Made by a program: the position numbers and the translations under genes. From Octopus sinensis (Eukaryota): 64,000 nucleotides of DNA. The DNA is taken from positions 199,826,001-199,890,000 of the forward strand of contig NC_042998.1 of assembly GCF_006345805.1 (NCBI RefSeq), given 5' to 3'. Below the pieces are notes generated by a model. The model was given only the letters and a program-made list of their open reading frames with translations. It had not been told where the DNA came from and searched no databases. This document shows, one piece after another, positions 42,176-57,079 of the stretch. Positions within the stretch are counted from its first letter, which is position 1. Every line of letters begins with the position of its first letter.

Positions 42176-43176
42176 GTAATGAAAATAATAATAATAACAA
42201 CAACAACAACAACGACAATAATAATAATAATAATAATAATAATGATAATAATAATAAGAAGAAGAACAAAAACAACAACGACAATAATAATAATAATAAT
42301 AATGATAATAATAATAATAACAACAACAACAACATTGACAGCAATACGAAGAATAAGAAGGTGGTGGAAGAAGAATGATTGTTGGCAAATCATAGTTGTG
42401 ATGACAATAATAATCATAATTCTACATAAATTATTAAGAAGGCTAGGAATGTCGATGTGGTAGAAGGTAAACGATTACATCAACCCAATTACATAACTGA
42501 TACTATATTCTATTGATACCGAAAGGATGAAAAATGAGTTGACATCCACAGACATCAATCCCGTACATAAAGGATCGGAATCTTTACCGTAGAGCTTTTA
42601 CGGTATTCTAACTAATCTGCTCCTAGAAAATAACAGAATGCCGGATGTTTCACCTAAAGGCGATTCATCTATATGAGTTTCTTTTAATATCATAAGTAAT
42701 AAATTCTATCATAACTGAACTCATCCAATAACTCGTGCTATATAATTAGACATGGCTACTGGTCAATAGTAGCCGGAACTTGATTAATCTACATATATGT
42801 TTACACTTTGAAATAACATGCAAATCACAGATGGGTGCACATATACAAAAATAACGACGGCAGAGAAAGCCAAGATTTTATTGTATTTATTTGGGTATAT
42901 ACATATTTCTTAGGAGATATCGATATGTGTGTGTGTTATGTGTGTGCGTGTGTGTATGTGTCATTGTGTTTCTCTGTGTGTCCATGCACCTGCGTGCGTT
43001 TGCGAGTGCGTGTGTGTAGCATGTACATGAACATAAACAAAAAAAGAGAACATCATAGAATTACTAGAGTGAAAAAGAAAAAAAGTCTATTCGCAAACAT
43101 ATATGAATATACTCATCAATACATGATTATATATATGTTTATATACGTATATAAATACATACATACATACATACAT

Positions 43177-43211
<35 letters not shown>

Positions 43212-43222
43212 TATATATATAT

Positions 43223-43260
<38 letters not shown>

Positions 43261-43399
43261 AATATATATAGATTAAGCACATATTTATATAAATATATAT
43301 AGATTAAACACATATTTATATATATATTATAAGCGTGTATATTTAAAAACAGATAAACATACACACAACACGTGCGCACACTCACACATACATATATTT

Positions 43400-43910
43400 T
43401 AAATTACAGGCCTAGTACTCTGACTACATGTAAGCAAGGTCATCGAACGCATTGTCAGAAGGAGGCTGATCATTTTCCTGGAAGAAAATAACAAGCTCAC
43501 ACACAGACACACACACACACCCACACACACACACACACACACACGCACGTGCGCGCACACACACACACACACACACAAACATGCAACTCAGTTTTCGTCC
43601 AGTATATAGTTGCCTTACAAAGCTATTACAGCACTCTGACTGGTTATGAAACAACAGCTCAATCACTCAAATGTAGATGTGGGATATGATATATTTTATT
43701 TTTCATAATGGAGTAATATATCACAAGCTGTGTGACCTTGGTATCGCTAGAAATGTGAGAGAATAGCTGCATGAACTCTGGTGAAGCAGAAGTCAGACAT
43801 TTGCAGCCAATGACACTCTCTCTGGGGAGACATCAGTTTACTGCGAATTCCCTGAGGGAACTGCACTGCGTCTACTAGTTTGTTGTGGCCTTCTCAGAAA
43901 TGCTCTCAAC
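43400..43910 (+). mobile_element. Decayed CR1/L2-type reverse transcriptase fragment interrupted by (CA)n
   Basis: NYRPSTLT..SKVIERIVRRRLIIFLEENNKL / QLSFRPVYSCLTKLL..NVDV..HKLCDLGI..RSQ..FPEGTALRLL (degenerate VPQGTVLGPLL). Confidence 0.7.
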
Positions 43911-44875
43911 CGTACATTTTGGAAGCTAAAAATGGCATAATGGTTAAGGCGTAGAGCCGTACAGTCCACAACGCCGTAGGACAGAATTACATGGTAGTAT
44001 GATCAATGGCGTTACTGGTGAGAAGTCTGCAGCTTAGAGAAATGAAACGCGTAGGTAGTACGTAACAGCTGTTTCAATAATAGTTCCGTATTATGAAATA
44101 GTAGAAACAGCTATTAAGTAATACCGACTTCAAATTTTGGCACGAGGGCAGCACTTGCGGTGCAGAGGCCAAATCTATTACATCGACCACAGTATTCCAC
44201 TGGTACTCATTTTATCGATTCCGAAAGGATGAAAGGTAATATCAACATCGGTGGCATCTGAAAACATAATTTAATGACGGACAAAATGCCGCGAAGCGTT
44301 CTTTCCCGATTATGCCTGTTCGCCGCCTTCAGCTATAAAATAATATCTATTACAAGTATTAAGGCCTTTCATCAATGTGGGGTAAATAAAATAAGTACCA
44401 GTTGAGCACTGAGGTGGGTTTGATCGACATACCTCCATCCTGTAACTGCTGGCTTTGTTCCATAATTTGAAAGCAATATTATTTGGAAATTAATCACCAG
44501 TGACGCCATTTCTTTTACTAAGGTATCTGAATCGAATTAACACTAAAACACTTCTGTTCTAGCTTATCTTAGAGTGTACCTGTCTACACTTGAATCATTT
44601 ACACGTTTTACATTAAATTCTTCTCCTGTTCCCCATTATATTTTATATACCTTTATTCCTTAATCTATTTAAATATGTTATAAACTGATTCCCTACCTTG
44701 AATTAACTATTCATGCATCTTGTTTTATTATATCTAGATCTGCTTGAGCGATATATTGCTTTCATTTAGGTGTACCCTGAATCTCCGCTCTTCACGTCGG
44801 TGTTGAGAAATTTGTTCGGTCTCTGCACTTATTATAAGTACCTATTATGTATATGCCTTCGATATATTTTTAACC

Positions 44876-45006
<131 letters not shown>

Positions 45007-45752
45007 CATACATACATACATCATACATACATAAACAACCATATGTGTAGATACATATATAAATATGTATATAAGTATATGTAGTTTTGCGTATATGTAT
45101 GTACAACAACCACATATATATAAGCACACATGTATTGTATACATACCTATAAGTATACTTCTGTACACACAATAAATAACTGTTTTTTTCTCATAATATA
45201 TATAGCTTCGTCTTTCTCCCACTCTTCCAAAGAAACAATACGGATATGTCAAACCTCTTAAGCTACCATTCAGTAAAAACAAATGTCCATATAAACGCAT
45301 GAAAAATTCAAAATATATTAGATAAGGATAAAATCATCTGATATGACAGGGATAATGAATGTTTAAAAAATAGATATTAAATACTTTTACATCACTGTGG
45401 TTGCCAACTTTGATATATCTATTTGGAGAATAGAAGATCAGGTTGGCTGGAAAGATTTAGCGATTTGTCATAAGTGGCAGCTTCAAACTCATTAGTACAA
45501 ATACACTATTACTTTTACTTCGGTCAAAACACAATGCAATTACTTGCCAAGAAAATCTGGGAGAGTTATATTCAACGTCCTCGTATATATTCTTTTCTAA
45601 AAGTTTTTCTTCTCAATTATTTAGCTCCAAACTTGTCTGTCCAATGATTCATTCGCACAGCCGTATACGTGTGAGTTAAACATATATATATATATATATA
45701 TATATAGTCGAACCTATCTGTCTGTTTATCTATCTATTTATCTATCTATCTG

Positions 45753-45783
<31 letters not shown>

Positions 45784-45827
45784 ATCTATCTATTTATCAA
45801 TCTCTCTCTCCATCTCTCTATCTCTCA

Positions 45828-45926
<99 letters not shown>

Positions 45927-46239
45927 TATATATATATAAACAGTAGATGAGTTGCAACATCAAAGTGTCTGTCGAATGTTACTTCAAGTTGAACCCCAGG
46001 CAGATTCTCCGCCAGATGGCTATCGGTGCAGCATTATGCACCCTTTATAGACAATGTGTCGTTAGCAGGGGGGAGGGGACGAAACCTACCGCCCTCTAGC
46101 AGGAACCAGTTTAGTCAGTCGCCACATCAAAGTGTCTTTTGTAACTACTCAATCTATAGTAAATACACCATTTCTTCTAGAGGTTTTAGAAGTTATGTTG
46201 CTTGTTGCATATGAGTAACCGACGGTCACTTTGTTTACA

Positions 46240-46309
<70 letters not shown>

Positions 46310-46868
46310 ATGAGATAAAAGACAAAGGCTGTGAAGATTTTAGAACATTTATAAATAGAATGTCTTACAGCTATTTCCAGGATATTTATTATATCCCTTC
46401 ATCGGAGACGGTGTGAGAAAATGGTTAAGCAAATACTTCTATTTATAAATGTTCTAAAATCTTCACAGCCTTGGTTTTAATCTCATTCTGAAAAATTATG
46501 TTTTAATATATATACAAGCTGATATATGAACTACGTTGGAATCCTTCTTCGCATAATCACCGAATCTGGAGCTTAACTATGGTCTATCCATAGCACTTTC
46601 TCAGCATCACCTGACATCTTTGGGTCTTCCTGACGTCATTACCTCTCATATATATATATATGACTGCGACTCGAAAATTTGATGTCAATAGCCAGGAAAC
46701 GATCGTAGTGGATATTAATTATATTTTTTAATAATTGTTACATATTTAAATAATATAAATTAATTTATGTATTGGATTAAGTCTTTCATTGTTTGATTTG
46801 CCTAATAGTGGTTTTGTCTCTAATTTAATATCATATATATATATATAATATTATATATATATATATAT

Positions 46869-46919
<51 letters not shown>

Positions 46920-47590
46920 CATACATACATACATCATACATACATAAACAACCATATGTGTAGATACATATATAAATATGTATATAAGTATATGTAGTTT
47001 TGCGTATATGTATGTACAACAACCACATATATATAAGCACACATGTATTGTATACATACCTATAAGTATACTTCTGTACACACAATAAATAACTGTTTTT
47101 TTCTCATAATATATATAGCTTCGTCTTTCTCCCACTCTTCCAAAGAAACAATACGGATATGTCAAACCTCTTAAGCTACCATTCAGTAAAAACAAATGTC
47201 CATATAAACGCATGAAAAATTCAAAATATATTAGATAAGGATAAAATCATCTGATATGACAGGATAATGAATGTTTAAAAAATAGATATTAAATACTTTT
47301 ACATCACTGTGGTTGCCAACTTTGATATATCTATTTGGAGAATAGAAGATCAGGTTGGCTGGAAAGATTTAGCGATTTGTCATAAGTGGCAGCTTCAAAC
47401 TCATTAGTACAAATACACTATTACTTTTACTTCGGTCAAAACACAATGCAATTACTTGCCAAGAAAATCTGGGAGAGTTATATTCAACGTCCTCGTATAT
47501 ATTCTTTTCTAAAAGTTTTCCTTCTCAATTATTTAGCTCCAAACTTGTCTGTCCAATGATTCATTCGCACAACCGTATACGTGTGAGTTA

Positions 47591-47633
<43 letters not shown>

Positions 47634-47676
47634 GAACCTATCTGTCTGTTTATCTATCCATTTATCTATCTATCTG

Positions 47677-47707
<31 letters not shown>

Positions 47708-47748
47708 ATCTATCTATTTATCAATCTCTCTCTCCATCTCTCTATCTC

Positions 47749-47818
<70 letters not shown>

Positions 47819-48131
47819 AGTAGATGAATTGCAACATCAAAGTGTCTGTCGAATGTTACTTCAAGTTGAACCCCAGGCAGATTCTCCGCCAGATGGCTAT
47901 CGGTGCAGCACTATGCACCCTTTATAGACAATGTGTCGTTAGCAGGGGAGGGGGCGAAACCTACCGCCCTCTAGCAGGAACCAGTTTAGTCAGTCGCCAC
48001 ATCAAAGTGTCTTTTGTAACTACTCAATCTATAGTAAATACACCATTTCTTCTAGAGGTTTTAGAAGTTATGTTGCTTGTTGCATATGAGTAACCGACGG
48101 TCACTTTGTTTACAATATATAATATATATAT

Positions 48132-48179
<48 letters not shown>

Positions 48180-48700
48180 GAATGAGATAAAAGACAAAGG
48201 CTGTGAAGATTTTAGAACATTTATAAATAGAATGTCTTACAGCTATTTCCAGGATATTTATTATATCCCTTCATCGGAGACGGTGTGAGAAAATGGTTAA
48301 GCAAATACTTCTATTTAAAATGTTCTAAAATCTTCACAGCCTTGGTTTTAATCTCATTCTGAAAAATTATTTTTTAATATATATACAAGCTGATATATGA
48401 ACTACGTTGGAATCCTTCTTCGCATAATCACCGAATCTGGAGCTTAACTATGGTCTATCCATAGCACTTTCTCAGCATCACCTGACATCTTTGGGTCTTC
48501 CTGACGTCATTACCTCTCATATATATATATATGACTGCGACTCAAAAATTTGATGTAAATAGCCAGGAAACGATCGTAGTGGATATTAATTATATTTTTT
48601 AATAATTGTTACATATTTAAATAATATAAATTAATTTATGTATTGGATTAAGTCTTTCATTGTTTGATTTGCCTAATAGTGGTTTTGTCTCTAATTTAAT

Positions 48701-48703
<3 letters not shown>
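45007..48703. repeat. Tandem segmental duplication, ~1.85-1.9 kb x2 (45007-46832; 46919-48703)
   Basis: The unique blocks are near-identical; differences are a few SNPs and microsatellite lengths; duplicated ORFs appear in the ORF track. Confidence 0.95.
46305..46648. mobile_element. Fold-back element in (TA)n with mutated hammerhead (duplicated at ~48177-48520)
   Basis: Arms 46305-46360 and 46437-46491; minus strand 46362-46409 reads gtct-CCGATGA-agggatat..atatcctg-GAAAT-AGCT-GTA-agac. Confidence 0.65.
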
Positions 48704-48738
<35 letters not shown>

Positions 48739-49288
48739 CATACATACATACACACACTCACAAACACAAAGACATGCACTCTTATACACATACACGCGCG
48801 CCGGCACATATATATATATACACATGTGTGTGGATATATATATATATATATATAACTAATGTAGGATTAAATTTTTTCGGGAAAAATTTTTTATCAATGG
48901 CCAGCATATCAAAAAATACCTTTAAAGGTTAAATTTATAAATAATTTACAAGATAAGGGCATTAGAATTTTTCTTTTGCCCTTATCTTGTAAATTATATA
49001 TATATATTTACGTATATAGGCATGTATATAGTTATGTGCATACATGTATATATATATATGTATATACATATTAGTTACAATGAGGATATTCAAAACTCTG
49101 CTTGGGATATTTATCCGAGATACACTTGTTTAGTATATTAAATTAATATGTTGATTAATTAATAAATTAACTTAAAATCCATTAGATCTCTGTTTTGTAA
49201 CTCACCAAACATGTGTATGTATGTATGTATGTATGTGTATGTATGTATGTATGTATGTATGTATGTATGTATGTAGTATGTATGTATG

Positions 49289-49356
<68 letters not shown>

Positions 49357-49411
49357 TTAGTGAAGGGAAGAAATGGAGCTGAACGAAGATTCTACAAAAT
49401 TCCTCCTTATT

Positions 49412-49497
49412 ATTTTCTACACATGTTTCAAAGGCTGCAAATTTCCAAATTCAGATTGAATAAGGAGACCATTTTGCAGCTTTCTCTTCAGGAAAAT
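49412..49497 (-). ncRNA. Type I minimal hammerhead ribozyme motif (mirror copy)
   Basis: Reverse complement of 49649-49734. Confidence 0.8.
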
Positions 49498-49648
49498 CCA
49501 CGAATTTAAATCTCCAAACAAATGCGCAGCAAGCTATTCGAACAAAACGCTCCCTAGGAGCCCATGATATGAAAGGCACAAAACTGTCTCTCAATGTGCG
49601 TTGTTCGAATAGCTTGCTGTGCATTTGTTTGGAGATTTAAATTCCTGG

Positions 49649-49734
49649 ATTTTCCTGAAGAGAAAGCTGCAAAATGGTCTCCTTATTCAATCTGAATTTG
49701 GAAATTTGCAGCCTTTGAAACATGTGTAGAAAAT
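49649..49734 (+). ncRNA. Type I minimal hammerhead ribozyme motif
   Basis: attttc-CTGAAGA-gaaagctgcaaa...tttgcagccttt-GAAAC-ATGT-GTA-gaaaat; perfect 6-bp helix I; predicted cut after 49728. Confidence 0.85.
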
Positions 49735-49941
49735 AATAAGGAGGAATTTTGTAGAATCTTCGTTCAGCTCCATTTCTTCCCTTCACTAAATATATAAAAA
49801 TTCAATTATCCGCGCTGAGGCACGGTTGCGACACCCCATGGTCGTAACCGCAACCGTGTTTTTTCTGTTGTGATTTTTGCTACCCAGGTATCGGTTAAAT
49901 TTTGAATAATCCGTAACAAGATAATTCATTTATCCATTTCA

Positions 49942-49981
<40 letters not shown>

Positions 49982-51095
49982 GCGCATATAAATACCTATA
50001 CATATATGTGCGTGTGTGTATACGTATGGAATATAAGGTGACATGCTCGTTTATATGAATGTAGAAGGTAAGGTAGGTTTATCCGTGTGGTGCACGAGAG
50101 AATACTTTTGTTATAAAACAATAAAATATTGCAACTAAATTTTGTAAGAATCCATGAACGATTGATTTTCATTTTCTGTTTGGATATAAACATACTTTTA
50201 CCACTCGCTTGGACAGAAATTATTAAGAGCTTGCTGTATGTTTTTATAAATATATAAGCTTCCATAAAATGCTCGCAGGATGTCATTAAAGCATGAGAAA
50301 TGGAATATCTAATGTATCGGGCTATTTCTATTTAATGCAGAGGAAATTAAGGCGAATGTGTTGTTCTGGTTATAGACATTCACAGCGTAGTACTCTGACA
50401 AGATTCGCTTCGTCATGAATAGCCATCCTCATTTTTCAGTGATGCCTATGTAGCAACAGAATCAATCTCGTACTGACATGAGTGGCGTTGTGGCTGATTT
50501 TGTTGCTTAGTGCTTTTCCAGAACCGGAAGACCAATGTTCAAAGCCATTTCAACCGTGATGACCTCGTCATTCATTCAACATACCACGCAGTATGATGGA
50601 ATACATTATCCAATGTAGATTGTTATTTGGAAGGATATTAGACAGTTATGTACGGTGGTCGCGGGAGATGTTGGCAGATGCTGCTATTTTATCGTTGTGA
50701 CCTCCTGCTATATCTTCTTTTAACATAAGTTTGTACTAAAATCATTCAAGTCATGGCTATGGCGTGTGTGTCCACCATAATGCTTAGAATTTTAATGTGT
50801 TTAGACTATTCAGAAGCATATTACTCAATAAGAACTTTCTTAAGATTTTATATTAGAATTTAGGGGATATTTGGTTGCTACTTTTACAATATCACACTAA
50901 CGATTAGGATCTCTTTCTCTTTTGATTCGCGAGATTCCAAGAAACGGTTCTAGTTGTAATAGTTTAACTCAAAATGCACCTGATGGAAATGACTAGTGAG
51001 GAAATGCTTTCTAGAAGTAGATTATACAATATCTTTAGGAGATATGCCAAATGTTTTAGCCATTTTCACATGTGATGTCAGCAGCAACATCCTCC

Positions 51096-51460
51096 GTGGA
51101 GGCGCAATGGCCCAATGGTTAGGGCAGCGGGCTCGCGGTTTCGATTCCAAGACTGGGCGTTGAGTGTGTTTATTGAGCGAAAACACCTAAAGCTCCACGA
51201 GACTCCGGCAGGGGATGGTGGCGACCCCTGTTGTACTCTTTCGCCCCAACTTTTTCTCACTTTTTCTTCCTGCTTCTTGTCTCCGACTTCCTACGCAACT
51301 GCTGAGCCTGGATGCGCATTCATCCATCCGTCGATGCTCTCGGTGTTGGGAGTTGACCTGCTTTCTCTTCTACGGGTCTTACGAATAGCACAGGACCACA
51401 TTTCGGATTTCTCCCAAGAGGACGAAGACCGCTTCGCACAACAGCAACAGCAGCAGCAAC
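51096..51460 (+). mobile_element. tRNA-derived SINE family C with (CAA/CAG)n tail
   Basis: gtggaggcgcaatggcccaatggttag..gtttcgattcc; ends gaccgcttcgcacaacagcaac. Confidence 0.75.
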
Positions 51461-51537
51461 ATCCACATCTGCTGACAGGAAAAGGTGCTTCAAATTGAGG
51501 TGTATTATGAAACCTCCATTTCCTACCCTGTATTCCT

Positions 51538-51765
51538 TTTTCTTTACTACCCACAAGGGGCTAAAGACAGAGGGAACAAACAAAGACAAACAAACGGATT
51601 AAGTCGATTATATCGACCCCAGTGCGTAACTGGTACTTATTTAATCGACCCCGAAAGAATGAAAGGCAAAGTCGACCGTGGCGAAATTTGAACTCAGAAC
51701 GTAACGGCAGACGAAATACGGCTACGCATTTCGCCCGGCGTGCTAACGTTTCTGCCAGCTTGCCT
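51538..51765 (-). mobile_element. tRNA-SINE family B
   Basis: Reverse complement of 34515-34745. Confidence 0.85.
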
Positions 51766-52499
51766 ACCCTGTATACCGTCTTGCTGACGGCCCACAAATT
51801 AAATCATGAGCATGCTAGGCAACTACATCTCAAACCATTGCATTTATCACGAAATCTGTCGTCAGAAGCGTTCTGATATCGAGCAAAGCAAAAAAATCAC
51901 AAGTTGCTTAATTCCATCTCTAAAACTCTCAACGTTGTGTTTGAGTCTTACAAAAGACCATCGCAAAACCTACGCAGTCTGATTCACACAAGTGCGCAAA
52001 GAACTGAAGGGAAACGGGAACCAACAGCAGCTCTTCCTGGGAAGAGAATATATCACGTACTGCAATTTCCTATACATGCGGCAATTCCCAGCGAGGAATC
52101 ATGTGTTGGATACATCATATCATTCATTTTCCAAAACCGCTAAACATATAAGCCAATTTTAATTTAGTATATTTTCATTAAAATGCTGATGAACACAAAG
52201 TTAAACGTTGGCTCCTTGAAGCTGGTCCCCTGACCTCATTTGGCAGCCCTTCTGTCATTATCTAAGCTATACATAAGCATTCATTCTTACTTCACGTCAC
52301 TGCAAAGCACAGTTATACTTGTACAAGGGTGGCTTCATGGTTTTATACATGGATATATAACATATTAAAGCAATTATTAAAAATTTAAGAAAGTACCTGA
52401 AATAACATTGCCAGCTTCAGCCATGACTTCGCAGTTATAAGGACGGACTTGTTGGCTTACAGATGGACGGATGGACCAATGAAGCCTTCTGGTTATATA

Positions 52500-52750
52500 G
52501 TAATAGTAATGATAATAATAGTAATAATAATGATAATAATAATAATAATAAGTAAAAATAAAAATAATAATAGTAATAATAATGATAATAATATTAATGA
52601 GAATAATAAAAATAAAAAAATAATAATGATAATGATAATAATAATAATGAGAATAATAATAAAATAATAGTAGTAATAATAACAGCAATAACAATAATCA
52701 TAATAATGATAATAATGATAATAATGATGATGATAATACTGATAATAATG

Positions 52751-52839
<89 letters not shown>

Positions 52840-52987
52840 CTTATGCACTGGAACATAAAACAGAAGATCGCTGGGGAGAAATAGACTGGAAAATCAAAGT
52901 TGTACAATCGACAAGTACAGTAGTGGGTAAAAAGATATATAAATATTATTTATGATAAAAGAGCGAACCAATAATAATAATAATGAA

Positions 52988-53053
<66 letters not shown>

Positions 53054-53187
53054 CCTGACGACGACGATGACGACGACGACGACGATGATTATGATGATAG
53101 AATATTACTGTTTATATTCTTGAAGTTTCTATTATTGCAGATTACTTTATTGTAACTAATAAGGATCTGATGATGATGATGATGATA

Positions 53188-53234
<47 letters not shown>

Positions 53235-53390
53235 ATATGATGATGATGATGATGATGATGATGATATATGGTGATGATGATGATAGATAATGATGATGAT
53301 GATGATGATGAGGATGATGATGATGATGATGATGAGGATGATGAAGATGATATATGGTGATGATGATGATGATGATGATGATGGTGGTGG

Positions 53391-53425
<35 letters not shown>

Positions 53426-53504
53426 GTGATGATGATGGTGATGATGATGATGATGATGATGGTGGTGGTGATGATGATGGTGATGATGATGATGATGGTG
53501 GTGG

Positions 53505-53542
<38 letters not shown>

Positions 53543-53568
53543 GGTGATGATGATGATGATGATGGTGG

Positions 53569-53612
<44 letters not shown>

Positions 53613-53700
53613 GTGGTGGTGATGATGATTTTGAGAACGTTGATGGGACTGATGGTGATGATGCGACTGACGATGATGCAAATCATACTGATGATGGTGA
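52500..53700. repeat. Compound (AAT)n/(GAT)n/(GGT)n trinucleotide field
   Basis: Directly visible; source of the poly-H/S/D/M/I ORFs. Confidence 0.95.
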
Positions 53701-53983
53701 TTACGAATAAAAGTCTTGGTAACCTTGGCAAAAACAAGAGAAAAGCGGGGAAAAAAATGAAGAAAAAGCAAACATAAGAAATTGTATGATGAGGAAGCTG
53801 AGCGCGGACTAATGATGATAATACTTGTTTTAAGGATTATGGTTAGAAAAATAAAATAAACAATTTTGTAACTTTCAATATATCGTCCTCTGAGGCACAT
53901 GGATAAGTATTGAGAATTTCTGAACGCTGTTAGAATACACGCACACACATACACTAATATATACACACACATATATATATATT

Positions 53984-54017
<34 letters not shown>

Positions 54018-54099
54018 CCGCGTATATAGATATAATATGAATATACCTATGTATATATTTGGCATGTATTTGTATTATATTTTTAACATATATTGCGCT

Positions 54100-54178
<79 letters not shown>

Positions 54179-54506
54179 ATATACACATAGATGTGTGAAA
54201 ATGTTATGCGTCTCATGCGTGTATATAAATATGATATATATATATGTGTGTGTATGCGTTTGTGCTTGTGTGTGCGTGCGTGCGTGTGTGTGATCGTGTG
54301 TGTGTCTATATGTGTGTATACATATATGCACAAATATTTCCTCTCGGTGTTGTTGGTTTGAGCAAGCAATTATCAAAGGATCAGAAGCTCATGTGTTACC
54401 TCCAGAATCATACCTGTGTCTCTAGGACCCTGAACCTCACATACATTATTAAAATGAAGTCGTTTTTTATAAGAAAAATGCCATGGACCGTCCCTGTTGA
54501 TTCATA

Positions 54507-54915
54507 TCTTTATATATAAAAGTGAAGTTGTGTGTCTGTCTCCTATGATTTAGATTCCTAACTACTCCCACATTTTGCGGTGCAGTTTAACCAAAACCGG
54601 GTATCTTATAGTCGTGATTCCTATCGAGCCCTTCTGGGTATTAGCGCGCGTCTACGATGAGTCTACGATGAGTCTACGATTTAAAAAAAAATTTACCATC
54701 ATTTTTTTCCATTTTAATGCATTTTTTCGCTATTATATAAGGGAAGTAACTCTCTAAAAATGTCTACGACGAGTCAACGATTTGAAAGAAAATTTACCAT
54801 CATTTTTCTTCCATTTTTAATGCATTTTTTTGCTATTTTTTGGCTATAACTCTCTAAAAATGCTTATATAGTTATATTCCTTACAAGCCCGAGCAACGCC
54901 GGGTGATACTGCTAG
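54507..54915 (+). mobile_element. Non-autonomous Helitron
   Basis: A|TCtttatatataaaag 5' end; subterminal hairpin cccgagcaacgccggg; CTAG|T 3' end; internal direct repeats. Confidence 0.8.
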
Positions 54916-56094
54916 TACATTATAAAAACGAAGTCGTTTTTATAAGAAAAATACCATGGACCGTCCCTGTTGATTCATATACATATTAAAACACATGTAT
55001 GAGTAAAATGAAAAAAAGTCAATTCTCAGAATTAAATGTTAAAATTTGATATTTATTCGAAGCTGAAATTTTACTGAGCATCGGACCCCAAATATCCGGT
55101 GCAACAATCTCTGATATTTCTACTTCTAATGGCACATACACACACACACATACACATATGCATGTGCATGTGTGTGGGCGTAGGTATATGTATATATGCA
55201 TGTATGTTTATATGTCTATTATATATGTGTGTGTGTATGTGTATTAGGAAGGATTCCATGATTTGTTCCATCGTTACACTAAAAAAATTCAATTCTTATT
55301 GAGGGAATAGTTTGTCGATGAATGATTTGAGCGGTGTATCGGGTGCATTTGTTTACACTTTATTACCTGAACGATCATTTGTGAAAATGCACTTGCTTGC
55401 GACTTCGACTAAAGATCGAGAGAGAAAAAAAATCAATTAATTCTTAATAGACATAAACTCTACAATGAGAACATGTTTTATATGTTTGTAGCCATAGGGA
55501 GTATCAAGTACATTTCGGAGATTCTTCCTTCTTGGGGAAGTTGACTGCAGAGAAAGTAATGAGAATGAACAAACTTTTACATGCTTTATGTTAAAAATAT
55601 TGACTTGAAACATTTTCTAATTTTGAATATTTTTCTCAAACTTTGCAAATGTAAGAGTTAGTTTGTCTCATCGATTTCTCTCTTGCAAAATTTTCCCTAA
55701 AGAAAGAGTCTGTTCGAAACGAGGAATTTTCAATCTCTATACGGCATGTTCACTGCACTATTTCTCTCGATTTCGTAAGAATAATGGAAGTCTTGCAGGC
55801 TCATGCCAAATTCTGTCAGGACCCTTTGCTCATATATGCATGTATGTATGTATGTATGTATGTATGTATGTACGCATGTATGCATGCATGCATGCATGTA
55901 TGTATGTATGTATGTATGCATGTATGTATGTATATATATATGTATGTATGTATGCATGTATGCATGTATGTATGTATGCATGTGATTATATAGTTACGTA
56001 TGTAAGCATTTATACATGTATATATATATATATATGCATACATACGCACACACCACACACACATATATATATATAAACACGCGCTCACACATAC

Positions 56095-56133
<39 letters not shown>

Positions 56134-56329
56134 TACATACATATACATGTATATATATATGTCTGTGTATATGAGTATGTATGCATATATATATGTATAT
56201 ATATATACATATATTTGTGTATACATAGATATATATTTATACACACACACGCACACGTACATCACACACACACGCACACACATGTATATATGTGTGTGTG
56301 TGTCATGCGTTCTCTCATTCACGTCAAAC

Positions 56330-56372
<43 letters not shown>

Positions 56373-57038
56373 GAATGAAAATGATGATGATGATGACGAT
56401 GATTATGATAATGACGTGATGATGACAACGATGATGACGACGTAGATGACGACGACGATAACGACAATGTCGATGATACTGATGTTCATCAAAACCATCT
56501 CTATTCTTATGGGCATCATGTTTAGAAGCACGATGGTCATCATCCCATCTTCACTATTATGTATTATGTCTTCCTCTTCGTTAATAAAAGCAGTACTGAG
56601 ATTTGCTACAAGAATTGGTTAACAAATGAACTCTTAAGGAAAGTACGACGTGGGATATTATGAACAGGCAACGCATTGATAGAAAGCATATTTATCAAGA
56701 AATGTAAATATTCATAGAAAGAAGTCAAAATGCATTCAGTATAATTCTGGTATGTACTGTGTCTTCATAGTAAATTGGTGTTATGTACAACTATATACTG
56801 GCTTCTAATTTGGACGCAGGGTTGAAACCAATAACAGTCGGTACGTACAAAGAGGATCATGATAAACATAGGAGGAAATGATGATCGATGCAATGAGGAG
56901 GGCGTTTGTGTTGATGATAGTAGTTGCGATGATGATGATGATGAAGACCATGATGTTCATGATGGTGATGATGATGATGATGATGAGGATGGCGATTACA
57001 ATGATGACGATTACAATGATGACGATTACAATGATGAC

Positions 57039-57079
<41 letters not shown>

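Larger units (their letters stand above)
49352..49945. mobile_element. Young fold-back element (~200-bp inverted arms) in (TA)n; probable Penelope-like inverted pLTR
   Basis: 49352-49550 is the near-perfect reverse complement of 49598-49796; unique tail to ~49945. Confidence 0.85.

Noticed and set aside
44010-44060. CTGGTGA...GAAACGCGTA hammerhead-like string
   Set aside because: Helices I and II do not pair convincingly
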